From Desulfatiglandales bacterium (lineage in GTDB: Bacteria > Desulfobacterota > DSM-4660 > Desulfatiglandales > HGW-15), in assembly GCA_963667015.2 (NCBI GenBank), contig CAXXJJ010000001.1, positions 1,056,001-1,120,000 of the forward strand: a stretch of DNA of 64,000 nt. Reading direction: 5' to 3'. This document shows positions 1-10,028 of this stretch, in pieces. How positions within the stretch are numbered: position 1 is the first letter of the stretch; the number at the start of each line of letters is the position of its first letter. The position numbers and the translations under genes are program-made. The notes under the pieces were generated by a model that had not been told where the DNA came from, made no database searches, and saw only the letters and a program-made list of their open reading frames with translations.

Positions 1-399
1 GGAGAAGAAACCGGAGATATTCCTGCAGATGCCGGGATAGTCCATGTCTGCGGTGTTCTCTGAGAATAGTGATTGAAAATAAGCCAGTCCCTGTGTATCA
101 CCCGATCTGTTCAGCAGTGCCTTCTTTATCAGCATTTGACTGACTATCCGGTCTATGGGTGAACAGTCAGGGTATTTTTCCGGCCTTATATCTTCATCAA
201 ATATCTGATGTATCACACCTGTCAGGGTGTTGATCCTGCGGTTAAGCCAGAACCTGGAATCTGTCTCAAGCTCCATTACCCTGCCTTTTGTAGGAACGAT
301 ATGCAGAAAGAATAAATTTTCCGATGCAGTTATCCTGTCTGCAAGGAGATGCTGTCTGGATGATATTGTCTTCCCGATAATGTAGTTGATTTTTGTCAT
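1..399 (-). CDS. 5' part of an unannotated ORF running off the left edge; hypothetical, possibly the N-terminus of an AddB/PD-(D/E)XK-nuclease-like protein
   Basis: Not in the ORF track. ATG at 399 with no minus-strand stop down to position 1 (MTKINYIIGKTISSRQHLLADRITASENLFFLHIVPTKGRVMELE...). The HIVPT segment is only weakly suggestive of the family. Confidence 0.6.
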   Translation of the reverse strand, partial: MTKINYIIGKTISSRQHLLADRITASENLFFLHIVPTKGRVMELETDSRFWLNRRINTLTGVIHQIFDEDIRPEKYPDCSPIDRIVSQMLIKKALLNRSGDTQGLAYFQSLFSENTADMDYPGICRNISGFFS

Positions 400-537
400 G
401 CTGTTTAATCTTTATATCCGGTTTACATGTTATCGCTGGCAGTGAAAAAATTACAGGGATTATACCTGCATCAATGAATATAGGAAATCTTTTTTTATAG
501 AACAGAATTTTAATAATTTTCCTGAGCTAGAATGACT

Positions 538-566
538 TTGACTTAATGTAAAAGGATTGCTATATA
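538..566 (+). promoter_or_regulatory. sigma70-type promoter for the FHA-GAF gene
   Basis: TTGACT-17 nt-TATATA upstream of the ATG at 629. Confidence 0.5.
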
Positions 567-628
567 AATATTTTTTACAATGAATTTTTTATTATTCGCA
601 TTCATTTCTCAATAGAAGAGTTGTTGCC

Positions 629-1525
629 ATGATCAAAATCTTTATATTTTCAGGCTACGGGCATAACCAGTCTTTTGAGCTTGTAGGTAACAGTGTCTTT
701 ATTGGTCGGTCAGAAGAAAACGACATTCAAATCTCAGATATGTCCGTATCCCGCAGGCATCTGGAAATAATAGATAAAGATGGCAGGTTTTACATCAAGG
801 ACCTCAACAGTCAGAATGGAACCTATGTAAACGGCACCCAGATAGATCCCGACGAATATGTTGAAATAAAAGAAAGCAATCCCATAGTAATAGGTATGAC
901 CCTTATATGCATTGGGCAAATGTGTATTGAAAACCTGGCTTCATTTGTTAATTCAATAAGCATTCCTGTCAGAGACAAAGATATTGATCCGGATGCAACA
1001 ACATTTTTCAGGCCGTTGACAGATGTAAGAAACGATGAACTGATCAGCAATGTTAACAATGTTTTTCATGTGTCGTCAGACGTCGAGGAGATAGCAGGAA
1101 AGCTTCTTGACCATATCCTTAATCATTTTTTAAGGATAGACAGGGTTGTAATTATTTTATGTACTGAAAATTCATACGGGAAAATGATTGAAACAGTGGT
1201 CTCAAGATCAAGAACCAATGATGACAGTCAGGATGAAAGCTTCAGCCGGATGATTGTTGATCGGGTTATTTCCAGCAGGACACCTCTGGTAATTCCCAAT
1301 GTCACAAATGAAAGAGAGCTTGAATTATCCGGAACTCTCCAGCTGCTAAAAATAGGATCGGTAATGTGTGCCCCTATATTGAAAGAGAATAAACTGATCG
1401 GGGTCCTTTATATTGATTCCTATCAAAAACCATACGGGTTCAGGGAGGATGATCTGACCCTTATTACGGAGCTCAGTTCCCTTACAGCCAGATCTATTGA
1501 ACCGTTTCTCTCTCCTGATGAGTAA
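629..1525 (+). CDS. FHA domain + GAF domain signalling protein with no output domain
   Basis: FHA motifs IGRSEENDI, VSRRH and DLNSQNGTYVNG; C-terminal GAF motif SVMCAPILKENKLIGVLYID. Confidence 0.85.
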   Translation: MIKIFIFSGYGHNQSFELVGNSVFIGRSEENDIQISDMSVSRRHLEIIDKDGRFYIKDLNSQNGTYVNGTQIDPDEYVEIKESNPIVIGMTLICIGQMCIENLASFVNSISIPVRDKDIDPDATTFFRPLTDVRNDELISNVNNVFHVSSDVEEIAGKLLDHILNHFLRIDRVVIILCTENSYGKMIETVVSRSRTNDDSQDESFSRMIVDRVISSRTPLVIPNVTNERELELSGTLQLLKIGSVMCAPILKENKLIGVLYIDSYQKPYGFREDDLTLITELSSLTARSIEPFLSPDE

Positions 1526-1609
1526 CGCAGAAAAACCATCCTCTCACCATCCTTCATTGGATTTCAGGGTGATACCCGCCTTATTTGCAAGGCAAACCGG
1601 AAAAGAAAA

Positions 1610-2353
1610 TTGGCGAAAAAGAGCAGAATAAAGATAAATGACCTGAGTCGTATAATGATCTATATACTCGGGCACAAACCTTATGAGTATGGCCTGGTCC
1701 CTGACAGCCAGGGCTATATTACCTTCAAGGAACTGCTGTGGGCGCTTCATGAAGAGCCGGGCTGGTCCCATGTGAACCAGGGCGCTGTCAATGAATTGCT
1801 CATGAGTGATGAAAGAAGTAATTTTGAAGCAAGTGAAAACAGTATCCGGGCAGTATCAAAGCACTGGGAACTGAACCTCTATCTGCCTGCAGATCATGTT
1901 CCTTCGCTGCTCTATACTGCCATCAGGAGAAAGGCACATTACACGGTTATGGATAAGGGGCTTATGAGCCGTGATGAGAGACTCTATGTGCTGACAGCTG
2001 ATAAAGCAATGGCAGAAAGGATAGGCAAAAGGAAAGATCAGAAACCTGTCATCATCGAAGTAATGGCTGGAAGGGCCTCGGATGAAGGTGTTTTATTTTA
2101 CCCCTTTGGGGATCTGTTCCTTACGCATGATATTCTACCTAGATATATTGCCGGCCCGCCTGTGCCAAAGGATGTTATTAAACAGAGAGAAACAAAACCG
2201 GTTAAGAAAAAAGAGCCGGAGGCCGTTCCAGGTTTTAGCGCCGGTACATTTACTCTTGATATTAACAGGGACCCCGATGTGGCAAGGAGAACAAAGGGTA
2301 AGAAGAAAAAGGGCTGGCGCGAGGAGTTAAGGGGGAAAAGACGAAAAGGTTAG
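1610..2353 (+). CDS. RNA 2'-phosphotransferase (KptA/Tpt1)-like protein with degenerate catalytic motifs and a basic C-terminal tail
   Basis: LSRIMIYILGHKPYEYGLVPDSQGY, IRA and GL...AERIGKRK...PVIIEV follow the KptA layout; TTG start. Confidence 0.65.
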   Translation: MAKKSRIKINDLSRIMIYILGHKPYEYGLVPDSQGYITFKELLWALHEEPGWSHVNQGAVNELLMSDERSNFEASENSIRAVSKHWELNLYLPADHVPSLLYTAIRRKAHYTVMDKGLMSRDERLYVLTADKAMAERIGKRKDQKPVIIEVMAGRASDEGVLFYPFGDLFLTHDILPRYIAGPPVPKDVIKQRETKPVKKKEPEAVPGFSAGTFTLDINRDPDVARRTKGKKKKGWREELRGKRRKG

Positions 2354-2489
2354 GCACTCCTTTTCTTACTCTTCTCATACTGCTAATCTTTTCACGGTAG
2401 TCTTCGGACTATCCTGCTTCAACCTGTCCTTTATTGACATATTAATGCCTGATAATCTATTATAAAGGTCCTTAATAAAGGAGTTGAAA

Positions 2490-2747
2490 ATGACAGAAAA
2501 ACATAAAATAACCATCGAGATTCCTGACAATATATATGCAGGAATTATGGCATTCAGTAAAAACAACAAGATCTCTGATTCAGGTGAAGCCATTATGGAA
2601 CTGGTAAAACATGCACTGAAACTTCCCCCGTATTTTAAAAATTTTGATTGGGAAATGGCAGAAAAAGAAGCTGATGAGGAAATTAATACGGGTGATGTTA
2701 TGGAATTTTCAGATGTGGATGATTTTCTGAATGAGCTGAACTCGTGA
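2490..2747 (+). CDS. putative type II antitoxin (RHH-like N-terminus, acidic C-terminus)
   Basis: Small acidic ORF (…EADEEINTGDVMEFSDVDDFLNELNS) with a GTGA overlap into a RelE-like gene; SD AAGGAG upstream of ATG 2490. Confidence 0.65.
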   Translation: MTEKHKITIEIPDNIYAGIMAFSKNNKISDSGEAIMELVKHALKLPPYFKNFDWEMAEKEADEEINTGDVMEFSDVDDFLNELNS

Positions 2748-3004
2748 AAATCCTTCGAGCCAATTCCTTTAAAAAAGACTACAGCCAGCTTCCCTCAGAT
2801 GTTCAAAGATTGTTTAACAAAAAAATCCGGATTTTTATGGATAATATCCGCCATCCCTCACTCCGTGTTAAAAAAATGAAAGGGTATGAAAATCGCTGGG
2901 AAGCAAGTATAAATATGTTCTATCGTTTTACTTTTGAAATACATGAAGACCATTATCTTTTTCGTCGTATAGGACCGCATGACGATGTTTTAAAGAATCC
3001 GTGA
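2744..3004 (+). CDS. RelE/ParE-superfamily type II toxin
   Basis: 86 aa, basic; SFKKDY..L, HPSLRVKKMKG, WEASINMFYRFTF and RIGPHD are typical RelE-like motifs. Confidence 0.8.
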   Translation: MKILRANSFKKDYSQLPSDVQRLFNKKIRIFMDNIRHPSLRVKKMKGYENRWEASINMFYRFTFEIHEDHYLFRRIGPHDDVLKNP

Positions 3005-3135
3005 TTTATAACTGTCACTGTCATTCCGCTACTTGTTGAAAATCCCGTATTGTTTAAGGGGATCGTTGAATCCAGTAGTTTTTTGATTGTGGTTATTAAA
3101 ATCTGGAAATAATGAAGACCTTATGAACACTTTTT

Positions 3136-4449
3136 TTATGTATAATCTTTTATCTTTCCCAGAATATAATCTTTTTTATGTTTTTCGGCTGTTATTTTTA
3201 TGATCTCATTCTTGAGTAATGTGTCCGAGTGCAGGAATACCTTAAGGTAGTTGTCGCTCAAGCCTTTAATGATTTTACCTTCTTCCGATTCCCATCCTTC
3301 AGTGAGGATAGAATAATCCTTTCCAAGGCATGACCTGTAGAATATGGTCTTTTTCTTTTTGCCAAGCTCCCTCAGTTTTGAGGCCCTTTGCTTGATAATC
3401 TTTGAGTCAACCTGGTCCGGATATTCTGCCGCAGGAGTCCCCTTTCTTGGTGAGAAGGGAAATACATGAAGGTATGATATAGGAAGCTCTGCTATGAGCG
3501 AATAGCCGTTTTCAAAGGCCTGCTCATCTTCACCGGGAAAGCCCGCAATTATATCAACGCCTATAGCTGCTTCAGGGATTCTTTCATGTATCTTTAAAAT
3601 CAGTTTCTTAAAGTCTTCAGGGCTGTAATGCCTGTTCATTTTTTTCAGGATATCCTTATCTCCGCTCTGGAGGGGGATATGGAAATGCCTGCACAGCCAG
3701 TTTTCGCCGGCGACCATCTCAATCAGTTCATTACGTATCTCTCCGGGCTCAAGCGAACTGAGCCTTATTCTATAGTCGGGATTTTCTTCTTTTATTATCT
3801 TTAATAATCCTGCCAGTTCTGATTTTCCGGTAAAATCTTTTCCGTATTTCCCCAGGTGTATGCCTGTAAGAACTATCTCTTTATAGCCTTCTTCCCTGAA
3901 GGAATTTATTGATCTGATTACATCCTTCTCTGACATACTCCTTACAGGTCCCCTGGCATAGGGAACAATACAGTAGCTGCAGAAGGAGTCGCATCCATCC
4001 TGAATCTTTAAAAAGGCCCTTGTGCGGTCCAGAAACCTTCTGACCGGCATAATGTCAAAGGACTGCTGTTTATTTTTATTATCAGGAATTTTTGTTAATA
4101 TCGAGAGGTCGCATTCTTCCAGGATCTCGGTTACATTCATCTTTTCCCTGTTCCCGGCAAGTACGTGTACACCTTCTATTTTTGACAGCTCTTCAGGAAA
4201 AACCTGTGGATAACACCCCACAACTGCAATTTTTGCGGACGGGTTTTCTCTAATTGCCTTTCTTATAGCCTGTCTGGACTGGTAGGATGCCCTCTGGGTA
4301 ACAATACATGTGTTGACAATTATAATATCGGCATCGGTTGCGGCCTCTGTTGACTGCCAGTTTTTTGAAGAGAGTTTTTCCCGGAGGTATGCTGTCTCGT
4401 ACTGGTTGACCTTGCATCCCAGTGTTATTATTTTAAACTTCTTACTCAA
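3136..4449 (-). CDS. mtaB: tRNA t6A37 methylthiotransferase (radical SAM)
   Basis: TLGCKVNQYE N-terminus, NTCIVT, RTRAFLKIQDGCDSFCSYC (CxxxCxxC), HVFPFSPRKGTPAA. Confidence 0.9.
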   Translation of the reverse strand: MSKKFKIITLGCKVNQYETAYLREKLSSKNWQSTEAATDADIIIVNTCIVTQRASYQSRQAIRKAIRENPSAKIAVVGCYPQVFPEELSKIEGVHVLAGNREKMNVTEILEECDLSILTKIPDNKNKQQSFDIMPVRRFLDRTRAFLKIQDGCDSFCSYCIVPYARGPVRSMSEKDVIRSINSFREEGYKEIVLTGIHLGKYGKDFTGKSELAGLLKIIKEENPDYRIRLSSLEPGEIRNELIEMVAGENWLCRHFHIPLQSGDKDILKKMNRHYSPEDFKKLILKIHERIPEAAIGVDIIAGFPGEDEQAFENGYSLIAELPISYLHVFPFSPRKGTPAAEYPDQVDSKIIKQRASKLRELGKKKKTIFYRSCLGKDYSILTEGWESEEGKIIKGLSDNYLKVFLHSDTLLKNEIIKITAEKHKKDYILGKIKDYT

Positions 4450-4867
4450 GCAGGCTCCTGTCGAAATTTACTTCCATGGCCCTTGCGGGACATGCCGCGA
4501 CACATAATTCGCAGGCGCTGCATCTTTCTCTGTCAAAAAGAACTTCCATTTCCGGTCTTTTTATATGTAGTGCCCCTGTGGGACACACTGCAGTACAGGC
4601 TCCGCATTGAAAACATTTTTCATCATCTCTCCGGATATCGTGACCTATGTTTGTTACCTGTATACCGGAATCCTTGAGGTATTTTATGCCCTCCATGTAG
4701 TTTTTTTTATGACCCGAGAGTTCAAGCACCATTAATCCCTCTTTTCTGGGATACACAACAGCCTTAAGGATGCTGAAACTGAGGTCATATTTTTTTACCA
4801 GGTTAACAACAACGGATTCGTTGACCGCTTTTTTAGGAAACCTTAGAGATATTATCTTTGAATACAT
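4442..4867 (-). CDS. NIL domain + 2x[4Fe-4S] ferredoxin
   Basis: N-terminal NIL-like fold (LRFP…VNLVKKYDLSFSILKA…GLMVLEL); CFQCGACTAVCP and CSACELCVAACP. Confidence 0.85.
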   Translation of the reverse strand: MYSKIISLRFPKKAVNESVVVNLVKKYDLSFSILKAVVYPRKEGLMVLELSGHKKNYMEGIKYLKDSGIQVTNIGHDIRRDDEKCFQCGACTAVCPTGALHIKRPEMEVLFDRERCSACELCVAACPARAMEVNFDRSLLE

Positions 4868-4903
4868 TCGATCCTCCCGGGGATAACTTTAGGGAATCTG
4901 ATC

Positions 4904-4951
4904 TGAGGCGGTTTCAAAGCGATCCAAATTAAACGTTTGGAAACCGCCTCA
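4904..4951. terminator. inverted repeat / stem-loop between the aminotransferase and NIL-ferredoxin genes
   Basis: tgaggcggtttc … gaaaccgcctca, a perfect 12-bp stem; no clear U-tract. Confidence 0.45.
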
Positions 4952-4954
4952 TCT

Positions 4955-6136
4955 TTATTTAAATTTTTGAATTGCCCTGCCAAAGCCCGGCATTGAGTTT
5001 ATAATGGTTTCATCGGAAACACAATAGGCAATCCTGAAATATCCCGGTCCTCCGCACCCGCTTCCCGGAACCGTGAGGATATTTTCATCCTTGAGGATCG
5101 AAACAAATGCTATATCGTCTTCTATAGGACTTTTAGGGAATAGGTAGAATGAGCCCTGGGGTTTAAAAAAATCATAGCCCAGTGAAGCGAGACCCTCGCA
5201 CAGTATATCTCTTTTTTTCTCGTATATACTGACATCTATACTCACACGCAGAAGGCCGTTTACAGCCCTCTGCATCAGGGCAGGGGCATTTACAAACCCG
5301 AGAATCCTGTTGGATAAAACCATCCCTGCCGCAACAATACTCCTGTCATCCATTTCAGGATTGAGAGCTGCATAACCGATCCTTTCACCGGGGAGAGAGA
5401 GATCCTTTGAAAATGAGGTTGCAATAAAGCTATCCCTGTATGCGTCGAATATGCTGGGGACAACAATACCATCAAAAACGATCTTTTTATATGGTTCATC
5501 GGAAACAAGATATATGGGATCTTCCCTATCTTTACTATACTCTGTCAGGAGTTCTGCAAGACTGGCAAGCTCTGCACTGGAAAAGATTTTACCCGTTGGG
5601 TTATTCGGGGAATTAATCAGTACTGCCTTTGTCTTTTCCGTAATGGCCTCTTTTATAATATCCATATTCAGGGAAAAATCAGGATTGCTGGGCACAAATT
5701 TGGGCACACCCTGGTGGTTGTCTATATAGAATCTGTATTCCATGAAGCATGGGCCCGGTATAATTACCTCATCACCGGGATCAAGGATTGTTTTAAGGAT
5801 TACGTTCAGGGCTCCGCCTGCTCCGACGGTCATTACAATATCATCGGGAGAAAATGACATCCTGTTGTTTTCTGTAAGATAATCGGCAACAGCCTCTCTG
5901 GTATCAACATACCCTGCATTTGGCATATAACAATGCTGCCCATTGCATGTGTCATTTACAAGGTCTTTTAGTATTTGCTTGAATTCGATCGGGGGCTCAA
6001 GGTTTGGGTTTCCAATGCTGAAATCAAAGACGTTTTCTTCACCATAAATGGCTTTTCTATTGGCGCCTTCTTCAAACATTTTCCTGATCCAGGAAGCCTG
6101 TTTGATAGCGGTTTGTATTTTTTTTGAAGCAGACAT
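4955..6136 (-). CDS. PLP-dependent class I/II aminotransferase (aspartate aminotransferase-like)
   Basis: WIRKMFEEG, INSPNNPTG, SDEPY, SFSKDLSLPGERIGY; start moved to ATG 6136, which follows SD GAAAGGAG. Confidence 0.88.
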   Translation of the reverse strand: MSASKKIQTAIKQASWIRKMFEEGANRKAIYGEENVFDFSIGNPNLEPPIEFKQILKDLVNDTCNGQHCYMPNAGYVDTREAVADYLTENNRMSFSPDDIVMTVGAGGALNVILKTILDPGDEVIIPGPCFMEYRFYIDNHQGVPKFVPSNPDFSLNMDIIKEAITEKTKAVLINSPNNPTGKIFSSAELASLAELLTEYSKDREDPIYLVSDEPYKKIVFDGIVVPSIFDAYRDSFIATSFSKDLSLPGERIGYAALNPEMDDRSIVAAGMVLSNRILGFVNAPALMQRAVNGLLRVSIDVSIYEKKRDILCEGLASLGYDFFKPQGSFYLFPKSPIEDDIAFVSILKDENILTVPGSGCGGPGYFRIAYCVSDETIINSMPGFGRAIQKFK

Positions 6137-6384
6137 GAATATCTCCTTTCGGTCCGGATTTTGCTGCAAATACAGCGGAAACATAAATAACAGACAGTGG
6201 CAATATTTAAATCCGGCATTTGCAAGTTGACCAAAATAATTTGTTTTTTATGTTTTGTAAAGCATTCAATGAGATTCTTAAATAAATACTTATATTTATA
6301 GGAATTAAGTTTTATACCGCAAACAATCCTCATATTTTTTTAAACCGAATGAATAAAAATACAATAATTAATTAGACTATTTAA

Positions 6385-6414
6385 TTGACATAAAGCACAT
6401 GGCGAAATTATGCT
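6385..6414 (+). promoter_or_regulatory. sigma70-type promoter for ispG-relA
   Basis: TTGACA-18 nt-TATGCT. Confidence 0.5.
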
Positions 6415-6438
6415 GTTAACGAAAATATAACCGAGGTA

Positions 6439-7518
6439 GTGACTTTGACAGAAGCTATTAAGAAAAGAAGAAAGAGCCGGAAGGTATTTCTTGGCGGGTT
6501 TCCCATAGGCGGAGACGCCCCGGTGTCGGTCCAGTCAATGACAAATACCGATACCAGGGATGTCGGGGCTACAACAAAACAGGTCAATGACCTGAAAAAC
6601 GCCGGCTGTGAAATAGTAAGGATCGCCATACCGGATGAAGAGGCAGCAGCAGCATTTGCGAAGATAAAAGATAATGTGGATATCCCCCTTATAGCCGACA
6701 TACACTTTGACTACCGCCTGGCCATTGCTGCCATAAAAGGCGGTGCCGACGGTATAAGAATAAATCCCGGGAATATAGGAAGCAGGGAAGGGATTCAAAA
6801 GATCCTTGATGTCGCAGGGGAGAAAAACACATGCATAAGAATCGGGGTCAACAGCGGCTCTGTTTCAAAACACCTTCTTGAAAAATACGGGCATCCTACA
6901 CCTGAGGCCATGGTCGAAAGCGCACTTGAACATATTGCCCTGTTTGAGGAGTTTGGTTACCGGAATATAAAGATATCATTAAAATCCTCAAACGTTCTGC
7001 ACAGTATCAGGGCCTATGAAATGCTTGCCGAACGAACAGATTATCCATTTCACCTTGGAATAACCGAGGCAGGGACACTGATTTCCGGTACTGTCAAAAA
7101 CTCTATAGGTATAGGTACTCTGCTCTTAAACGGAATTGGTGATACCATGCGTGTATCTCTCTCAAGAGATCCCGTGGAAGAGATCAAGGTGGCCTATGAG
7201 ATACTCAGGGCGCTTGATCTCAGACACAGGGGGCCGGAAATTATTTCATGCCCCACCTGCGGAAGGTGTGAAATAGATCTTTTCAGTATAATTGAGCAGG
7301 TTGAAAGAGAACTGGTTGATATTATAACCCCGATAAAGGTTGCTATTATGGGATGTGTGGTAAATGGCCCCGGTGAGGCAAAGGAGGCTGATATTGGAGT
7401 GGCCGGAGCCCGCGGCAAAGGAGTCCTGTTTAAAAAAGGAGAGGTGGTAAAAAAACTACCCGAAGATAAACTGGCAGAGGTGCTGATCATGGAAGTCAGA
7501 AGACTTGTTGAATGTTGA
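6439..7518 (+). CDS. ispG: (E)-4-hydroxy-3-methylbut-2-enyl-diphosphate synthase
   Basis: IGGDAPVSVQSMTNT, ADIHFDY, RINPGNIG, ISCPTCGRC, MGCVVNGPGEA. Confidence 0.97.
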   Translation: MTLTEAIKKRRKSRKVFLGGFPIGGDAPVSVQSMTNTDTRDVGATTKQVNDLKNAGCEIVRIAIPDEEAAAAFAKIKDNVDIPLIADIHFDYRLAIAAIKGGADGIRINPGNIGSREGIQKILDVAGEKNTCIRIGVNSGSVSKHLLEKYGHPTPEAMVESALEHIALFEEFGYRNIKISLKSSNVLHSIRAYEMLAERTDYPFHLGITEAGTLISGTVKNSIGIGTLLLNGIGDTMRVSLSRDPVEEIKVAYEILRALDLRHRGPEIISCPTCGRCEIDLFSIIEQVERELVDIITPIKVAIMGCVVNGPGEAKEADIGVAGARGKGVLFKKGEVVKKLPEDKLAEVLIMEVRRLVEC

Positions 7519-7551
7519 AGATATACCGGCAGCGCCAGAGGATAAAATGAG

Positions 7552-9693
7552 ATGATTAGACTCAATGATATTACATCCAAGCTCCTAAGCTATAACCCGA
7601 AGGCCGATGTCAGCCTTGTGGAAAAGGCATATGTATATTCCGCCAAGGTTCATCAGGGGCAGGTAAGGCTTTCAGGGGTGCCCTATCTTTCTCATCCCCT
7701 TGAGGTTGCCTATATACTTACCGAGATGAAGATGGATGTAGTAAGCATTGTTGCAGGTCTGCTACATGACACCATTGAAGATACCGATGCAGAACTCAAT
7801 GAAATTGAAAGATTGTTCGGCATTGAGGCTGCCAACATTGTTGACGGCGTAACCAAGATAAGCAAGATACAATTCAGCAGTACCGAAGAGCGGCAGGCTG
7901 AAAATTTCAGAAAGATGATCCTAGCCATGACAACCGATATCAGGGTTATCATGGTGAAACTTGCTGACAGGCTTCATAATATGAGGACGCTCGGGTTTCA
8001 TACCAGTGAAAAACGTGCCAGGATTGCAAAGGAAACTCTTGATATCTATGCGCCTCTGGCTGGAAGGATGGGTATCTACTGGCTCAAGTCCAGTTTTGAA
8101 GATCTCTGCCTCTATTACCTTGAACCCGAAATATATAAACAGATCCATGCCGGTATTGCCGAAAGGCGGGGTGCCAGAGAAACATTTATTGAAGAAGTAA
8201 AGGTGCTGATTAGTCAAAAGGTGAAAGAGTACGGTGTTGAAGCCACTATAAAGGGGCGTCATAAGCATTTTTTCAGTATTTATCAGAAAATGAAAGACCA
8301 GAACCTCAGTGTTGACCAGGTTTATGATGTTGTGGCCTTCAGGGTCATCGTAAATACCCTGAAGGAATGTTATGAGGTCTTAGGCCTGATCCATTCAACC
8401 TGGAAGCCAATACCGGGAAGGTTCAAGGATTATATCTCTCTGCCAAAGGCAAATATGTATCAGTCTCTCCATACCACTGTTATAGGTCCGTATGCTCATC
8501 GCATGGAAGTGCAGATCAGGACCTGGGAGATGGACAAGGTCGCGGAAGAGGGGATTGCCGCCCACTGGAAATATAAAGAAGGCGTCAAGGGGGGCGGGAC
8601 TGATCAGAAACAGTTCGCATGGCTGAGGCAGCTTCTTGAGTGGCAGAAGAATCTTCATGATCCGAAGGAGTTTATGGAAATGGTCCAGATGGACCTTTTT
8701 CCGGATGAGGTATATGTCTTTACACCCAAAGGGGAGGTAAAGGAGTTTCCAAAGGGTGCAACACCCGTTGACTTTGCATACAGCATACACTCTGAAATTG
8801 GTGAGAAATGCTCCGGGGCCAGGGTAAACAGCAGAATGGTTCCTTTAAGGTACCTGTTAAAGAATGGCGATATAATAGAGATAATAACATCAAGCAGGCA
8901 GCATCCCCGCAAAGACTGGCTGGATTTTGTAAAGACCACAAAAGCCAAATCGAGAATAAGGCAGTGGATAAAAAAAGAAGAGAGGGATGAGAGTATTATA
9001 ATCGGGAAAAATATCCTCGAAAAATCCCTTGAGCATTCACAGCTCAATATCCAGAACATTACAAAAAATCAGCAGCTGGATGCCGTGGCAAAGGATCTGT
9101 CTTTACAGAGTATTGAGGATCTGTTTGCCAATATAGGCTATGGAAAGATATCCTCCAGTCAGGTGCTTAACAGGTTAAGGCCCAAACTGGGTATTGAAAG
9201 AGAACAGCCAGGCAATATTGTACGTAAAGTAGTTTCAAGGATTACCCGGAAAAAGAGCAGCAAGGGTATAACGGTCAAGGGTGTGGATGATATGCTGGTA
9301 AGGTTTGCAAACTGCTGTCATCCTCTGCCGGGAGAACATGTGCTGGGGTTTATTACCAGGGGACGCGGTGTAACAATACATAAATACAACTGCAGCCATA
9401 TCCTTGATTCAGATCCGGAAAGACTTGTAGAAGTGCAGTGGGATCCCGCGAATGAAGATGTATATCTGACCAGAATCAAGGTGACCTCTGTTGACAGGAA
9501 GGGGATTCTCGCTGACGTAAGTGCAATAATGGCAAAAAAGGGCGCCAATATCATTAACGCAGAAGTAAAGACAACAATGGATAAAAAAGGCGTTTCCTTT
9601 TTTACGATAGAGGTCGAAAGTTACAGGCAGCTTGAGGAAATTACGGGAGCGATAAAAAAGGTCGAAAATGTTTTAATCGTTGAAAGGGTATAA
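7552..9693 (+). CDS. spoT: bifunctional (p)ppGpp synthetase/hydrolase (RelA/SpoT family; HD, SYNTH, TGS and ACT domains)
   Basis: LLHDTIEDT (intact HD), KLADRLHNMRT, YQSLHTTV, EVQIRT, VYVFTPKG, C-terminal ACT. Confidence 0.93.
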   Translation: MIRLNDITSKLLSYNPKADVSLVEKAYVYSAKVHQGQVRLSGVPYLSHPLEVAYILTEMKMDVVSIVAGLLHDTIEDTDAELNEIERLFGIEAANIVDGVTKISKIQFSSTEERQAENFRKMILAMTTDIRVIMVKLADRLHNMRTLGFHTSEKRARIAKETLDIYAPLAGRMGIYWLKSSFEDLCLYYLEPEIYKQIHAGIAERRGARETFIEEVKVLISQKVKEYGVEATIKGRHKHFFSIYQKMKDQNLSVDQVYDVVAFRVIVNTLKECYEVLGLIHSTWKPIPGRFKDYISLPKANMYQSLHTTVIGPYAHRMEVQIRTWEMDKVAEEGIAAHWKYKEGVKGGGTDQKQFAWLRQLLEWQKNLHDPKEFMEMVQMDLFPDEVYVFTPKGEVKEFPKGATPVDFAYSIHSEIGEKCSGARVNSRMVPLRYLLKNGDIIEIITSSRQHPRKDWLDFVKTTKAKSRIRQWIKKEERDESIIIGKNILEKSLEHSQLNIQNITKNQQLDAVAKDLSLQSIEDLFANIGYGKISSSQVLNRLRPKLGIEREQPGNIVRKVVSRITRKKSSKGITVKGVDDMLVRFANCCHPLPGEHVLGFITRGRGVTIHKYNCSHILDSDPERLVEVQWDPANEDVYLTRIKVTSVDRKGILADVSAIMAKKGANIINAEVKTTMDKKGVSFFTIEVESYRQLEEITGAIKKVENVLIVERV

Positions 9694-9768
9694 ATTTCAG
9701 ACCGCTCCCTTTTCCTTTAATCGTTAAATGGCTAAACTATTCAGTATATTAAGAGCTTTGTACGGCTG

Positions 9769-9957
9769 CTAGTATTTGGTTGCCAGTCCCGAGCGCAGGC
9801 ATCCTGTACAGACCTTGACTCTTTTTGTCTGGCCATTCTGAATGGTTTTTACCTTCTGCAGGTTGGGGTACCAGACCTTTTTTGTCTTGTTGTGAGCATG
9901 ACTTACACTATATCCAACCTGCGGACCTTTTCCGCAAATATCGCAAACTTTTGACAT
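9769..9957 (-). CDS. rpmB: 50S ribosomal protein L28 (Zn-binding form)
   Basis: [34 protein letters not shown]…VCTGCLRSG. Confidence 0.97.
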   Translation of the reverse strand: MSKVCDICGKGPQVGYSVSHAHNKTKKVWYPNLQKVKTIQNGQTKRVKVCTGCLRSGLATKY

Positions 9958-10028
9958 TTTTTAACTCCTGATATTAAATATGAACCAGTAAACATAGATA
10001 ATAATTTTAAAAAAGGCAATATATTTTT

